The notes: generated by a model not told the origin, from the letters alone. A stretch of DNA of 64,000 bases from Thecamonas trahens ATCC 50062 (GCF_000142905.1 NW_013657672.1:204244-268243), one strand, 5' to 3'; counted from the first letter of the stretch, positions 43,490 through 54,592 are shown. Translations and numbers: made by a program.

Positions 43490-45512
43490 GGCACGCCGTC
43501 CAAGTCGCGTTAAGCGGCCAGTACACAAAGAACACCAGGTGGAAGAGCGCGGTCGGCTGGTAGAGCCATTGCAAGACTACAGCGTCGATTGCATGTCCCA
43601 GTGCGCTTAAAGCAGCAAACTCGCCGCTGCACAACATCGTCGCCCATCCACCCAGCACCACCGGCGGCGAGCTTGTCACCATCACGACCAGCTGCAGCGC
43701 ATTGAGCAGCCAAGATATCGCCGTGCGCGCTGGGCCAGCATCGCTTGGCGGCACAAACGGCCCGGTCGGCACGTACAACAGACAGAGAACGAGCGCAAAG
43801 ACAGCCGAGAGGCCCAGGTTGAGCAGCGAGCCACAGACAATGACCCAAACGGCCTCCAGAAGCATGATGCACTTGATGGAGAGCCAGAACAGGTGCGACG
43901 GCGGCGACAGCGTCGCTACCACCGCAGGGAGTGCAACAAGCGCAGTCAGCCATACAGCGCCGGCCGCAAACGCAAGTGCCGCAACCGAGGCAAAAAGCGG
44001 CGGCACTAGCGCGTGCGCCAGGTGGTGGAGCTGAGGCAGGAAGGCAAGGACAAGCACAGGCACGGCGTGCACGCTTGTCCATACGCAGAGCACCGAAAGC
44101 GCAAGCTGCCGAAGGCCACCGCTCCGACTAAAGGCGAAAATGCCAGCCGATACGCGGAGGTAGGCGGCAATGGCGGCGAGGAGCGCAGTGGCGACCACGC
44201 AGGCCAGCGGCCACACGTAGTCGCCGTAAGAGATAAACAGCCGCTCGGTGCCGAGCACGTACAGTCGGAACGAGGCGTGCAGAGACTCGAGGAGGTTGGA
44301 GAGAGAGCGCAGCGTGGCTAAGAGCGTGTTGGCAGCCAAAGTGATGTCGGTCGTGAGCAGCGCGAGATCGGCCGAGCCTCCCGTAACTTCCTTCGGCACG
44401 GCAACAAGCGAGAGCGCCGGCACAGCGTGAGCCGCCACCACACCGGTGGCGGCACGCGGAACCGAAGCCGCCTGGACAGCGAGGAACGAAAAGACATTGC
44501 AGAGGATGCGAGCGTGGTACGAGGTCATGCCCGCCACGTGAACAAGCGCCCGCAAGTACGGGACTAGCTCGGCCCGCGGCGACGGGTAAGCGACCGCCGA
44601 CCCGCGGTGATTCGCGACCTGGACCACGACATTGACGAGGTCCATGTTGGGAAGAAGGCCGTCGATGCCAACGACGTCCATCGCCCACGAGGCCACTCCA
44701 GTGTCGGGCAGCTCGATGCCGAGGACTGCAAGAAGCGCGCCGGCGCGGGCGTGGAGGGCATCGTAGCGAAGGTGACCATCGACAGCCGGGCCGGCTGCGT
44801 AGTACGCATCCATCCAGGCCTGCAAGCCAATGGATCGCGCGAGGTTCGGTGGAAGGGCGAGCTGCGGCCGGTGGTCGGCAACCCAAGCCGGAGCATCGGT
44901 GAGGACAACAATGAGCGAGCGCGACATCCAGCGCGCGTCTTGGACCGCCTGAGCCACCACAACAAGGGCCTCAAGACCTACAGCACCACCGGGGCGGGCA
45001 GCAGCGTCATCCAGAGACGCTGAAGGCGTGGAGGCTAGGAAGGCGTCCCAGTCTGCGAGCGGAAGTGCCGTCGTGATCACGATGGCCTCCTTGCCGTCAG
45101 CGCGCGGCGGGGTGTAAACGCCATACACGTTTGCACCAGCCCACATCGACCCGTCGGCGGCGCGCGGTGCATGAAGAGCATATCCGTGCGAGTAGAAGCG
45201 GACGCCAAGGCGAGTGGCAAGGGCCGTAGCGAGGGCCGAGCCGAGGGCGGCGTGAGCCGGAGACGCGGCGTCCGGGCCGAGGGCCAGCGTCGGGCGGAGG
45301 CTGGCGAGGGCTCGGTCGACGTCACCGCGCGAGAGAGTTGTGGCACCGGCGTTGGGCAGCAGTGCATTCTCATCGACGTATGTCGAGTTGAGCAGGCCCG
45401 GGACAAGTGCGACCCAGGTGAGGCCGACGACGAGCGCGAGCAGGGCCGGTAGGGGCGAAGCAAAGGTAGCGCGGATGGCGGCGCGCAGGCAGCGCCGAGA
45501 GGCCAGACCCAT
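43461..45512 (-). CDS. GPAA1: GPI transamidase subunit Gaa1
   Basis: TYVDENALLP, GANVYGV..PRADGKEAIV, GIDGLLPNMDLVN, RSLSNLLESLHASFRLY, multi-TM C-terminus. Confidence 0.93.
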   Translation of the reverse strand: MGLASRRCLRAAIRATFASPLPALLALVVGLTWVALVPGLLNSTYVDENALLPNAGATTLSRGDVDRALASLRPTLALGPDAASPAHAALGSALATALATRLGVRFYSHGYALHAPRAADGSMWAGANVYGVYTPPRADGKEAIVITTALPLADWDAFLASTPSASLDDAAARPGGAVGLEALVVVAQAVQDARWMSRSLIVVLTDAPAWVADHRPQLALPPNLARSIGLQAWMDAYYAAGPAVDGHLRYDALHARAGALLAVLGIELPDTGVASWAMDVVGIDGLLPNMDLVNVVVQVANHRGSAVAYPSPRAELVPYLRALVHVAGMTSYHARILCNVFSFLAVQAASVPRAATGVVAAHAVPALSLVAVPKEVTGGSADLALLTTDITLAANTLLATLRSLSNLLESLHASFRLYVLGTERLFISYGDYVWPLACVVATALLAAIAAYLRVSAGIFAFSRSGGLRQLALSVLCVWTSVHAVPVLVLAFLPQLHHLAHALVPPLFASVAALAFAAGAVWLTALVALPAVVATLSPPSHLFWLSIKCIMLLEAVWVIVCGSLLNLGLSAVFALVLCLLYVPTGPFVPPSDAGPARTAISWLLNALQLVVMVTSSPPVVLGGWATMLCSGEFAALSALGHAIDAVVLQWLYQPTALFHLVFFVYWPLNATWTACLMHSLLPAS

Positions 45513-45781
45513 GTACGGGAGGGGGGGAAGGGGGAGGGGAAGAGAAGTGGTGCAGAGACAGGGGGGAGGACGCTCGCTCGTTCGCTGCAGGTACAGCCAA
45601 CCGAAGCCGACCATCGTGAGTGTCCGTCGAAGCGAGGGCGAGAGCGAGAGCCTTCCCGGCTCAACAGTTGGTGGGTTGCACGGCAGGCGGCAAGACGGCC
45701 AGACTCGACTGGGCTCGTGGGGGGCTACTCACGTACGGGCTGGGCTCTGACGTGTTTGGCAAGGAAAGTAGAAAGGCCAAC

Positions 45782-47455
45782 ATGACGATGTTTTCGCGCA
45801 GGGAGCTGTGCTCGGAGCTTGTGCGTGCGGTGCACTTGCGGGCGGAGCGGGCGGAGCGTCTGCGGCTGGCAGTTGAGTCGGCCGACGGCAAGGGTCCCCA
45901 GGCTGCGATGGCGCTGTACTCGGCACTGCAAGAGGGCGCCAAGGCCATGGCCGGATGGGACCGTATGGTTGCCATGTTGATGCACCTGCTCAAGGTCTGC
46001 GAGGGCTGCTGGCGGCTGGGCTGCCCAAACAGCCTCGAGCAGGACGCGGGCGCGGCGCCGGCCAAAGTCGAACGGGCACGGACAGGCCTCGCTCATGGCG
46101 GTGAGCTCGGCCTGCCCAACTACCTACGGTGCTCGCGGTGCAAGGCTGCCAAGTACTGCTCGGTCGAATGCCAGCGCGCTGACTGGAAGACGCACCGCGC
46201 GTTCTGCAAGCGCGGCGCCCGGGCGCAGCCGCCGGCCAACCCAAACAAGTGGCCGGCCGACTGGGACGCGGTCATGGCCGAGGCGCTGAAGGCCGACCTG
46301 CCGCCGCTCACCTGCCCTGACGACGTGCTGCGCAACGCAGGCGAGGAGCCTGGCGATGCGCCGCCGTTCTGGCACGCCATGGTGAGCGCCATTTTCAACG
46401 AGATCCGGGTCGGCTTCCCGTCGCAGGCCGACGACGCCCACATCAACGCCATCGCCGCTGCCGTTGCCGAGGGGCTCCTCGCCCGCCTCACTGGCTGCCG
46501 CGCCATGATGTCCGAGGAACCAGCGCTGCAGACAATTGTGGGCGAGCGCGGAACGAGACGACTGGCGGAGCTGTACCACCGCGCCGACACGCGTGGACTC
46601 AACCTGTTCTGGGAGTCGCTCATGGTCCGGATCACCGGCCGAGCCTTTGCCATGCTTGGCGAGCACGAGTCGGTTGTCCTTGCCGACTTTACCTACGAGT
46701 CAGGCATGATGACGCGGCTCCGGTTCGAGGTGGCGTACCGGTTCTTTGACAAGGTTGACAAGGTCGAGCTGTTCGAGCTGATCCACGCTCGCGCCGCAAT
46801 CTGTCTCTTTATCGAGAATGAGTGCCACCGGCTGTTCAAGGTCTGGCGCGGCATGCCGACAGCAAAGCACAAGTCGGCGCCGGCAGTCACTGAGAGCAAA
46901 GGCGACGAGGCCCAAGGAGGCTCGGTCGACAAAGGCCAGGCTGAGAGTGCAGCGGCGGCAAAGCCGGCGGGCGACGCGGCGGGCGAGGCCGGTATGGGCC
47001 TTGTCACCACTCTTGTCTCGGATGCCACCATTCCAAGCGTGTTTGCCGGCAAGGCCAAGGACGAGCTGCCGGCAACCCCGCTGGCGGCGGCAAATATCCT
47101 CGGCGAAGCTGGCCACCGGTCGATGGACTCAGACCACCTCGCGCAGGTCATCACTCTCATTGCTCGCGGCCCGCACGCACTGTCCGGCATCATGCGGCCG
47201 CGTGGCTCCATCCCACCATCGTGGGATCCGTATCTGGTGGTGCCCGAGGTGACGGCGCTCGTCGAGGCCAAGTATCCCGATGAGTCGGCACACGACATCA
47301 AGACGCTTGTGGCCTCGGTCGTCGGCACCATCACCTGCACATTCAAGGTCTCGACCTTTGAGCCTGACCAGTTTGTCTTTCACGAGGACGGCCTGAAGGC
47401 CAACCTCGAGCGAGTCCGGGCCAAGCGGGCACGGGAGCTGGAGAAAGCCAGCTGA
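45782..47455 (+). CDS. MYND zinc-finger protein, otherwise uncharacterised
   Basis: CEGC...(insert)...RCSRCKAAKYCSVECQRADWKTHRAFC. Confidence 0.8.
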   Translation: MTMFSRRELCSELVRAVHLRAERAERLRLAVESADGKGPQAAMALYSALQEGAKAMAGWDRMVAMLMHLLKVCEGCWRLGCPNSLEQDAGAAPAKVERARTGLAHGGELGLPNYLRCSRCKAAKYCSVECQRADWKTHRAFCKRGARAQPPANPNKWPADWDAVMAEALKADLPPLTCPDDVLRNAGEEPGDAPPFWHAMVSAIFNEIRVGFPSQADDAHINAIAAAVAEGLLARLTGCRAMMSEEPALQTIVGERGTRRLAELYHRADTRGLNLFWESLMVRITGRAFAMLGEHESVVLADFTYESGMMTRLRFEVAYRFFDKVDKVELFELIHARAAICLFIENECHRLFKVWRGMPTAKHKSAPAVTESKGDEAQGGSVDKGQAESAAAAKPAGDAAGEAGMGLVTTLVSDATIPSVFAGKAKDELPATPLAAANILGEAGHRSMDSDHLAQVITLIARGPHALSGIMRPRGSIPPSWDPYLVVPEVTALVEAKYPDESAHDIKTLVASVVGTITCTFKVSTFEPDQFVFHEDGLKANLERVRAKRARELEKAS

Positions 47456-47484
47456 CCACGGCTGGCCACGACCTAATCAAGGAG

Positions 47485-48240
47485 TCAATTGGCTGGTGGC
47501 GCAGCAGCGCGCGGCGACGACGGTGGCGACACTGCCGGCGAGACAGCCGGCGACACTGCCGGCGTCGCCGACCGGCTCATGGCCACCCCGTCGATGACGG
47601 GCATGATGCGCGAGAACGAAGGCGTACTTGGCACAGCCGCAAGATGGGCCCGCGCAACTTGGAGGCGCATCTCGTCGCCCGCAAGGCCGTACGCGGCCCA
47701 AAGGCGGAGCGAGTAGAGTGCGTCGACAACTGGATCGTGGACGCCGGCCTGGATGTCGACGCCGAGCAAGTGAAGAACCTCGTGGCGCAGGGAAAACGTG
47801 GTGAACTTGCGGCGGAACCAAGGCGGGGCCTCGACGCGGAAAAGCTTGCCGATATCAATGGCCTCTTCATAGTCTCGCCCGGGTACCAGCCCCAGCCATG
47901 TTGTGTCCTTGTGGATGTTCTGCCCGACCAGCCGCGCGTTACGCGGGAGCAAGGCCCGGACCGCCGCCACCGTCTCGTCAAACGGCAGCACCGTCCTCGT
48001 TGGGTCGGCAAAATCGGCCTCGGTCAGCCCCGTCAGCGGGGTGAGGTACGAGAAGACCGGCCTCGATGGCGACACCAGTGCGTCCAGTACCGTCTGCTCC
48101 GTCTCGTCCACCACCGCCACCCGCGCAACCATCCGGTCCGCATACCCGGGTCCGTCGGCCACGCACTCGACGTCGATAGAGAAGGTGGCCACCGGAAAGT
48201 CGGCGTCGAGCTGGGTCAGCCACCGGAACGAGACGCCCAT
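47485..48240 (-). CDS. DEDDh RNA exonuclease (REX4/ISG20-like)
   Basis: SIDVECV, ARVAVVD, YLTPLTG, LVGQNIHKD, SLR..LGVDIQAGVHDPVVDA. Confidence 0.88.
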   Translation of the reverse strand: MGVSFRWLTQLDADFPVATFSIDVECVADGPGYADRMVARVAVVDETEQTVLDALVSPSRPVFSYLTPLTGLTEADFADPTRTVLPFDETVAAVRALLPRNARLVGQNIHKDTTWLGLVPGRDYEEAIDIGKLFRVEAPPWFRRKFTTFSLRHEVLHLLGVDIQAGVHDPVVDALYSLRLWAAYGLAGDEMRLQVARAHLAAVPSTPSFSRIMPVIDGVAMSRSATPAVSPAVSPAVSPPSSPRAAAPPAN

Positions 48241-48552
48241 GTGGAGAGAAAGTATGAGAAGGGGGAAGAGGGAAGAGAGAGGGAGAGAGGAAGAGAAGCT
48301 GTGTTGTCTTTGGGGAGTTGCTGCCAAGCAAGCTGCGGGGGGGGGGGGGGAGTTGGAGGGTAGAACGGGGCGGGCGGGCGGAGCCGAGCTGTGTGTTGCC
48401 GGCTGCCAAGTCGCACAGTCGCCGACAACGCAATGCAGGTTGGAGACGGAGACAACGCTTCTCTCGGATATTGCTTCCGGGCCGTAAGCACACACACACA
48501 CACATACACACACACTCTCTCTCTCTCTCTATTCCTCTCAACCCGCAATAGC

Positions 48553-49907
48553 ATGGGAATTAAGGGCCTGACGCGGCTGATATCGGACAATGCGCCTGAG
48601 GCCATCACGTATAAGAAGATCGGGGCCTACCAAGGCCGCCGTATTGCTATCGACGCCTCGATGTCCATCTATCAGTTCATGGTACGCAGAAGAGCAGTAG
48701 TACAGGGAGAGGGGTGTGGGGAGGGTGTGGAAGGCAGCCGGGGTGTATGGGGGGGGGGGCAGGGGGGCGGGGGCTGGGGATTGTTGGATAGAGGGGGGAG
48801 GGGGAGGCGGGGAGGGGAGGGAGGAGGAAAGATTCTACATGCCTCACCTTGAATGTGGTGTTTGTGTTTCAGATTGCGGTTCGTCCGGGCATGGACGGAA
48901 TGATGCTGACGGATGCATCCGGTGCCGAGACATCGCATCTTGTGGGCCTGCTGTACCGCACGATTCGGCTGATGATGATGGGTATCAAGCCGCTGTACGT
49001 GTTTGACGGCAAGCCGCCCGAGATGAAGTCCGAGGAGCTGGTGAAGCGGCGCGAGGCGCGGGCAAAGGCCGAGGCTGAGCTGCTCAAGGCAACCAAGGCC
49101 GACGACGCCGAAGCGATCGAAAAGTTCTCGAAGCGGACGCTGCGGGTGACCAAGGAGCACATGGCCGAGTGCCAGCGGCTGCTCACACTCATGGGCGTGC
49201 CGTGGATTGAGGCGCCGTCCGAGGCTGAGGCCCAGTGCGCGGCGCTGGCCAAGGCTGGAAAGGTCTTTGCTGCCGGCTCGGAAGATACCGACACACTCAC
49301 CTTTGGGTCACCGATTCTGCTGCGCAACTTGACGGCGTCTGCGGCGCGCAAGCTCGACATCATGGAGCTGGACCTTGAGCGCGCGCTCCAGGGTCTCGGG
49401 CTTACCATGGCGCAGTTCATTGACGTCTGCATCCTGTGTGGCTGCGACTACTGTGACTCGATCCGCGGCATCGGCCCGGTCCGCGCCCTGCAGTTCATTA
49501 AGCAGTACGGATCTATCGAGGGCATGCTCGAGAAGATCGACACGACAAAGTACGTTGTGCCCGACAACTGGAACTTTGCCGTCGCCCGCCGCCTCTTTAC
49601 GGACCCGGACGTGATGCCGGCCGACCAGGTCGACCTCAAGGCCAACGCCGAGGCTGGCCTTGACGAGACCGGCCTCATGCAGTATCTTGTCGAGGAGAAG
49701 GGCTTTGACACCGTCCGCATCTCCCGCGCGGTCCAGAAGATCAAGGACATCCGCAAGAAGGCAAAAGGCTCGCAGACCCACCTCGACTCGTTCTTTGGCC
49801 GCCCTACCGTCATCGTCAACCAGAACCGCAAGCGCAAGGCCATCGCCGACGCCAAGGCCAAGCGTGCTGGAAAGAAGCGCAAGGGCAACGGCAAGCCGCG
49901 TAGGTAG
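48553..49907 (+). CDS. FEN1: Flap endonuclease 1 (exons 48553-48681 and 48873-49907)
   Basis: [18 protein letters not shown]|, [36 protein letters not shown] box QTHLDSFF, basic tail. Confidence 0.97.
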
Positions 49908-49918
49908 TGCCCCACCGC

Positions 49919-51595
49919 TTACATAACACCTACCCGCTCCTCACACACACTCGTAACAACAGCTTGGAGGCCTGCAAGAACAGCCTTGGGGTGCGACGGG
50001 GAGTCGATAACAGACACCGTCGCACCACCGGCACTCGCGACGGCGACCGTGTCAAGGGCTCGCCCTGCGAGCGGCGCTGCTGAGGAGTAGAGCAAAACTC
50101 GCGCAGCTGCCGGAGCCAGCAGTGCGGGCCACGAGTCGGTATCGTCAAGTAACCCGACAAAGACATCGACACTGGCGATGCCAAGCGCATCGTTGACAAC
50201 CCCGACAGTGAGGTGCTCGATGTGCGAGCTGCGGGCAGCCTTCAGCTTGCGAAACTGGTCAAGACCAACTTTGAGCACCGGGGATATCCCGATGCGTATG
50301 CTTCCACAACTCGTGGCCAGGCGAGGCGTCGAGGCGGGAGGCGGGGGTGGAGCGATCCGCGAAGCCTGCGTCGTCGCCGCCAAGGCACCCCCAAAAAGCT
50401 CGCGGCTTTTGGCAAGGTACGCCACCATGCGCGCTTGCTGGGGATGGATGTCGGGGTCACTGGCGTGGACAAAGTTCAGCGCTTTCATCGCCGCGCCGGT
50501 GTCATCTCCCAGCAGCCACGTCTCTGCGGCGGCAGGAAGCACCGCATCCAGCCACGGATCGGCCAATGCATCAAGTCTAGCGCAAAGCACGACAAGCCGC
50601 GGAACAACAACCGAGACGGGACTCTCCAGAGCCCGCCATGCGGAGAGCGAATGGATCGAGTAGCGCGTCGACATCCCAGACATGTAGCCATGGACAAGTA
50701 CTGCAGCCAGGTGGTAAGACGCCGGGCCACTGCGGCCAAAGCCGGGACCGGTCGGATCAACCAGAAAAACGACACAGGCCTCGGCGGCAACATCGACCAT
50801 GGCGTCAAGGCCAAGGCGCATCGCATGCGCGTACTTGAGCTGGAAGAGCTTGGATGCAGTGCCAATGCCAGCCGGCGGAGTGAGCAAAACGTGGCTGCAC
50901 TCGCTGTCCAGGACAACGTTGGGCAAGCTGAGAACTCGCCGCGTCTCGAGCTCGATCGACGGCTCAAGCTGGTGGTCAGGATCCAAGGCATCCGCGAGAT
51001 GTGCCAACGATGCCCTGTAATCGCGCGAGCCAATCGGAACCACATCAAACGGCAGCAGCTCGGCGCTGCGGCCCGGCGACGAGCTTGTGCCGTCCAGAGC
51101 CTCCGCCAGCGACTCCCGACACGCCGACGAGCAATCACCCGAGGCCGGTGTGAGCCATGGAAGCTCGACCGCCTGCAAAGCGATGCCGTCCGAGCCGTCG
51201 TGAAATGCGATGTTGGCCATGTGCGGCGGCAGCGCAGGCTCGATGGCGAGTCGGCCACCTGGAAGATCCGGTGCAAGGAGGCGCGCATCGCGGGCGTCGA
51301 GTCCAGCGATGCCGTCGTCGAGGCAGACGGCCCGAAGATACGCCGCGGCGACTCCAGAGCGGCGGCTCCGCATGGCCACATACTCTGCCATCGATTGATG
51401 CTTTGCACCTGGTAAAGCAGCAGCGGCGGCGGCGATGGCGGCCGAGTCGCCTAGGTCGGCGCGGAGTCCCCGCGAAGCGACGAGCCCGTCGCGGGCGCCT
51501 CGTGGCGGCTTGGTGCCCAACATCGAGTGAGCCAAGTAGACCTGGAGTGCCAGTCCCAGAGCGAGCGCCACCAGCAAGGCGCTTCGCTCCCACAT
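49919..51595 (-). CDS. Hypothetical type II membrane/secreted protein (558 aa)
   Basis: N-terminal anchor MWERSALLVALALGLALQVYLAH; long ORF filling the intergenic space; no domain recognised. Confidence 0.6.
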   Translation of the reverse strand: MWERSALLVALALGLALQVYLAHSMLGTKPPRGARDGLVASRGLRADLGDSAAIAAAAAALPGAKHQSMAEYVAMRSRRSGVAAAYLRAVCLDDGIAGLDARDARLLAPDLPGGRLAIEPALPPHMANIAFHDGSDGIALQAVELPWLTPASGDCSSACRESLAEALDGTSSSPGRSAELLPFDVVPIGSRDYRASLAHLADALDPDHQLEPSIELETRRVLSLPNVVLDSECSHVLLTPPAGIGTASKLFQLKYAHAMRLGLDAMVDVAAEACVVFLVDPTGPGFGRSGPASYHLAAVLVHGYMSGMSTRYSIHSLSAWRALESPVSVVVPRLVVLCARLDALADPWLDAVLPAAAETWLLGDDTGAAMKALNFVHASDPDIHPQQARMVAYLAKSRELFGGALAATTQASRIAPPPPPASTPRLATSCGSIRIGISPVLKVGLDQFRKLKAARSSHIEHLTVGVVNDALGIASVDVFVGLLDDTDSWPALLAPAAARVLLYSSAAPLAGRALDTVAVASAGGATVSVIDSPSHPKAVLAGLQAVVTSVCEERVGVM

Positions 51596-51764
51596 GGCTT
51601 GCTGGCGTTCGAGGGAGTTGGCGCGAGAGTGGAGTGGGGCGTGAGTTGGGGGGTGCGAGCGCTCAACCCTGCGCGGACAAGGCAGAGAACGACACCGGCA
51701 CTCCTCTCAGTCTCGCAGCAGCACCGCCACACACAACGTCGGAGTCCCGTAGCCTAGCAGTGTG

Positions 51765-54488
51765 ATGCCACAGGAGAGCAGGCACCGGATGCGGTCGTCT
51801 GAGAGCGGGTCGTCGGTGCTCGACTCTCCGACGCCGCTGGCGTCGTCGGCCGAAGAGGGCTACACCTACGCCTACGCCTACACTTACGAGTCGTACACGG
51901 GATCAAGCTCCGATGGAAGGGCTGGCACGGGTTCCGGGGACGCTATTCTCAGAACAGAGGTCGCTAAGAGCAAGGATCGCACGGCGGCCGAGGAGGCATC
52001 GGACCATGTCTCGGTCCGCGGCCGGCTCAGCTCGGACTCGTACCTGTCGTCACATGCCTCGTCCAATGCTGCCGGGAGTGACGGAGGCGGGATCGAGGTC
52101 GAGGCGCAGAGCGGAGTTGCCAACGACGACGTAGATTGTGCAGCCTCTGGGCCGGAGCCGTTGGCGACGCCGGTGTTGGTGTCAACGATTGGAAAGCATG
52201 CATCGCTGCGCGACGGGCGACGGCGGCATTCACCAGCAAGCGGCAGGGACCACCGCCGAGATGCAGGTCTGGTTAGGGTCAACGAGCTCAAGATGGAGCC
52301 ACAGACTGCGGCGCGAGTCTTTCCGCAAGCCAAGTTGGAGCTGGCGTCCAGCGGGGGTGAAGGCGTGGTGCAGCGGCTGACGCTGCTCATGCGAATCAAG
52401 CTGTTCCTGCTCCGGTTCGAGTCGCTCTCATCGAAGCATCGGCGGTACTGGAACTTGTTTCTACTCCTGGTGGTGGTGGTGCAAGGAGTGACGGTGCCGA
52501 TGCGAATTGCATACCGCAAGATGTGGCAGCTGGACCAGACGTTCTTCTACGTCTTCTCAGCCTTTACCGACGTTGTTCTATTGGCCGACATTGTGCTCCA
52601 CTTTCGCTCTGTCTACGTCGACCGCAGCATTCCCATTCTCGACTACGGCAAGATTCGGGGCCACTACTTGCGCACGCGGTTTCCGCTCCATGCGCTGGCA
52701 TCACTCCCACTCGACTGGATCTTTCTTTCGCCGGTCTGGCTACACGCAACGCTGCGGCTGCCACGCCTGCTGCGGCTTTTAGAGATGCGACGGTTTGTGC
52801 GGGCATGGGATGAGCGGTCGCAGCATCTACTCCGGACGCGGCTGCTCTTTCTGCTCGTAGTACTTCTCCTCCTCGTGCATTGGATTGGATGCGTTTACAC
52901 GAGCATCGAGTACGAGCGCGGGTTCGGAGCAACGTCGTGGTCGTCGCCCACGGAGCGAGAGAATGCACCGCTGTGGGAGCAGTTTGTGGCGGCGTACTTT
53001 TGGGCGCTCAATCAGGTGACGAACAAGGGCGGTACGCCGTTGAAGCCGGTCACCCAGTTTGAGCGCGGCTTTGAGCTGGGCATTGCCGTCCTCTCGCTGT
53101 TTGTGGTGGCGACGGTGATCAGTGCGATTTCGCGACTCATTGTCAAGGCCGGGGCTAAGGACGCGCGGCTGGCGACCAAGTCGCGTGAGGTTACGGCCTT
53201 TATCAAACAGCGCAACTTGCCAACCGAGCTTGCCGACGCCATCAAGTCACACGTTCTCACGGTTCACGAGCGCGAGGAGGACAAGGGCGCGTTTGCGGTG
53301 TACGCGGCGCTACCCGAGCAGCTCAAGCGCGACGTGGCGATGTGCCTCAAGGCCGAGCTGCTGAGTCAGGTTCCGTTTCTGGCCGAGGCCTCGGACGGGT
53401 TTGTGGAGAGTATTGCCGTCCACCTCAAGGCCACGCTGTTCTCGCCGGGCGAAATGATTGTGCAGCAAGGCGCCAAGGGCGGCCGGATGTACTTTGTCGA
53501 GTCGGGCCACGTAGCGCGAGTCGAATCGGGCAAGGTCCTCAACCGATTGGCGGCTGGTGAGGTGTTTGGCGTGACCGCGCTCCTGCTCCCGCACCTCTCG
53601 CAGCCGTTTGGCTACTCAGCGCTGAGCTTTGCGTCGGTCTACACGCTCTCACGCAAGCACCTCTCGGAGACGCTCAAGTTCTTTCCGGCTGAACGCGCCA
53701 AGCTCCGTGATCGAGCGTACAAGGTGGCGAACGAGCGCGCTGTCCACGACGCACTGGACGTGGCGCTCAACGGCGAGGATTCCGAGGCGAATCGGCCGCG
53801 GTTCTCGTTCTCGCAGCTTGTAGCACTTCGCGCCGAGTTTGAGCATGTGGTGTACGGTGTGGGTGAGGAGATGTTTGCTGCAGGCGCACCCGCTGACCAA
53901 CTTGTCTTTGTTGTCCATGGCCAAGTCTCGATCTACACCGCAGACGGCGATCCGCTCGGTGTTGTCGCACACTACTCCTTCATCGGCGGCCTCGGGCCAC
54001 CGCCGGCGGTCCTCCCTGTGAGCGGGCGGGCAGGTGGGGTGGTTCATGCGCTTTGGTTGCCGCGGCAGGCGTTTGACGCGCATGTAGCAGCATGTAGCAA
54101 GCGCGCCGCCGATGCACTTGAGGCTTGGGCTGCGCGTGGGCTGGAGGCGGGCTATTATCGGGACCATGTGTGGATTGAGCGCGACGGCAATGCCGAGGAA
54201 GTGTGTAGCAGTGACGAGAGCGACGGCAACGGCAATGGCGAGCCGATGCTGGCTAACGACGCAGCAAGCAGCGGCAAGTGGGTCCAGCGGCGGCAGGCGC
54301 GGACGTCGCTCTCGGTCCGAGCCATCTTGGCCGATCTGGCAGACATTGCTTCGTCGTCGGGGCACGCACTGGGCTTTGCCTCCGATGCCGTGTCGTGGCG
54401 GGGCCTCTCGAATCAGACACTACTCCGGGCAGCGCGGTGTGCAGCCAAGCTCCGCCACGTTGTGGATGAGGAGCTATTTACGCGATAG
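51765..54488 (+). CDS. CNG/HCN/KCNH-superfamily 6TM cation channel with two degenerate cyclic-nucleotide-binding-like domains
   Basis: S1 YWNLFLL, S3 ALASLPLDW, S4 LRLPRLLRL, S5 LVHWIGC, pore AYFWALNQVTNKGG.P, C-linker LPEQLKRDV, VPFL..FSPGEMIVQQG..MYFVESG; second CNBD-like GEEMFAAGAPADQLVFVVHG. Confidence 0.88.
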   Translation: MPQESRHRMRSSESGSSVLDSPTPLASSAEEGYTYAYAYTYESYTGSSSDGRAGTGSGDAILRTEVAKSKDRTAAEEASDHVSVRGRLSSDSYLSSHASSNAAGSDGGGIEVEAQSGVANDDVDCAASGPEPLATPVLVSTIGKHASLRDGRRRHSPASGRDHRRDAGLVRVNELKMEPQTAARVFPQAKLELASSGGEGVVQRLTLLMRIKLFLLRFESLSSKHRRYWNLFLLLVVVVQGVTVPMRIAYRKMWQLDQTFFYVFSAFTDVVLLADIVLHFRSVYVDRSIPILDYGKIRGHYLRTRFPLHALASLPLDWIFLSPVWLHATLRLPRLLRLLEMRRFVRAWDERSQHLLRTRLLFLLVVLLLLVHWIGCVYTSIEYERGFGATSWSSPTERENAPLWEQFVAAYFWALNQVTNKGGTPLKPVTQFERGFELGIAVLSLFVVATVISAISRLIVKAGAKDARLATKSREVTAFIKQRNLPTELADAIKSHVLTVHEREEDKGAFAVYAALPEQLKRDVAMCLKAELLSQVPFLAEASDGFVESIAVHLKATLFSPGEMIVQQGAKGGRMYFVESGHVARVESGKVLNRLAAGEVFGVTALLLPHLSQPFGYSALSFASVYTLSRKHLSETLKFFPAERAKLRDRAYKVANERAVHDALDVALNGEDSEANRPRFSFSQLVALRAEFEHVVYGVGEEMFAAGAPADQLVFVVHGQVSIYTADGDPLGVVAHYSFIGGLGPPPAVLPVSGRAGGVVHALWLPRQAFDAHVAACSKRAADALEAWAARGLEAGYYRDHVWIERDGNAEEVCSSDESDGNGNGEPMLANDAASSGKWVQRRQARTSLSVRAILADLADIASSSGHALGFASDAVSWRGLSNQTLLRAARCAAKLRHVVDEELFTR

Positions 54489-54592
54489 CTGGAGCAAATG
54501 CTTGCAGGATTGCGGCAGTGTGGTATGGCGGTATGCGAGCGGGGATAGGTGCGGCGCGAGTGGCGAGGAACGCAGGTTTTTCGTGGGGATGG

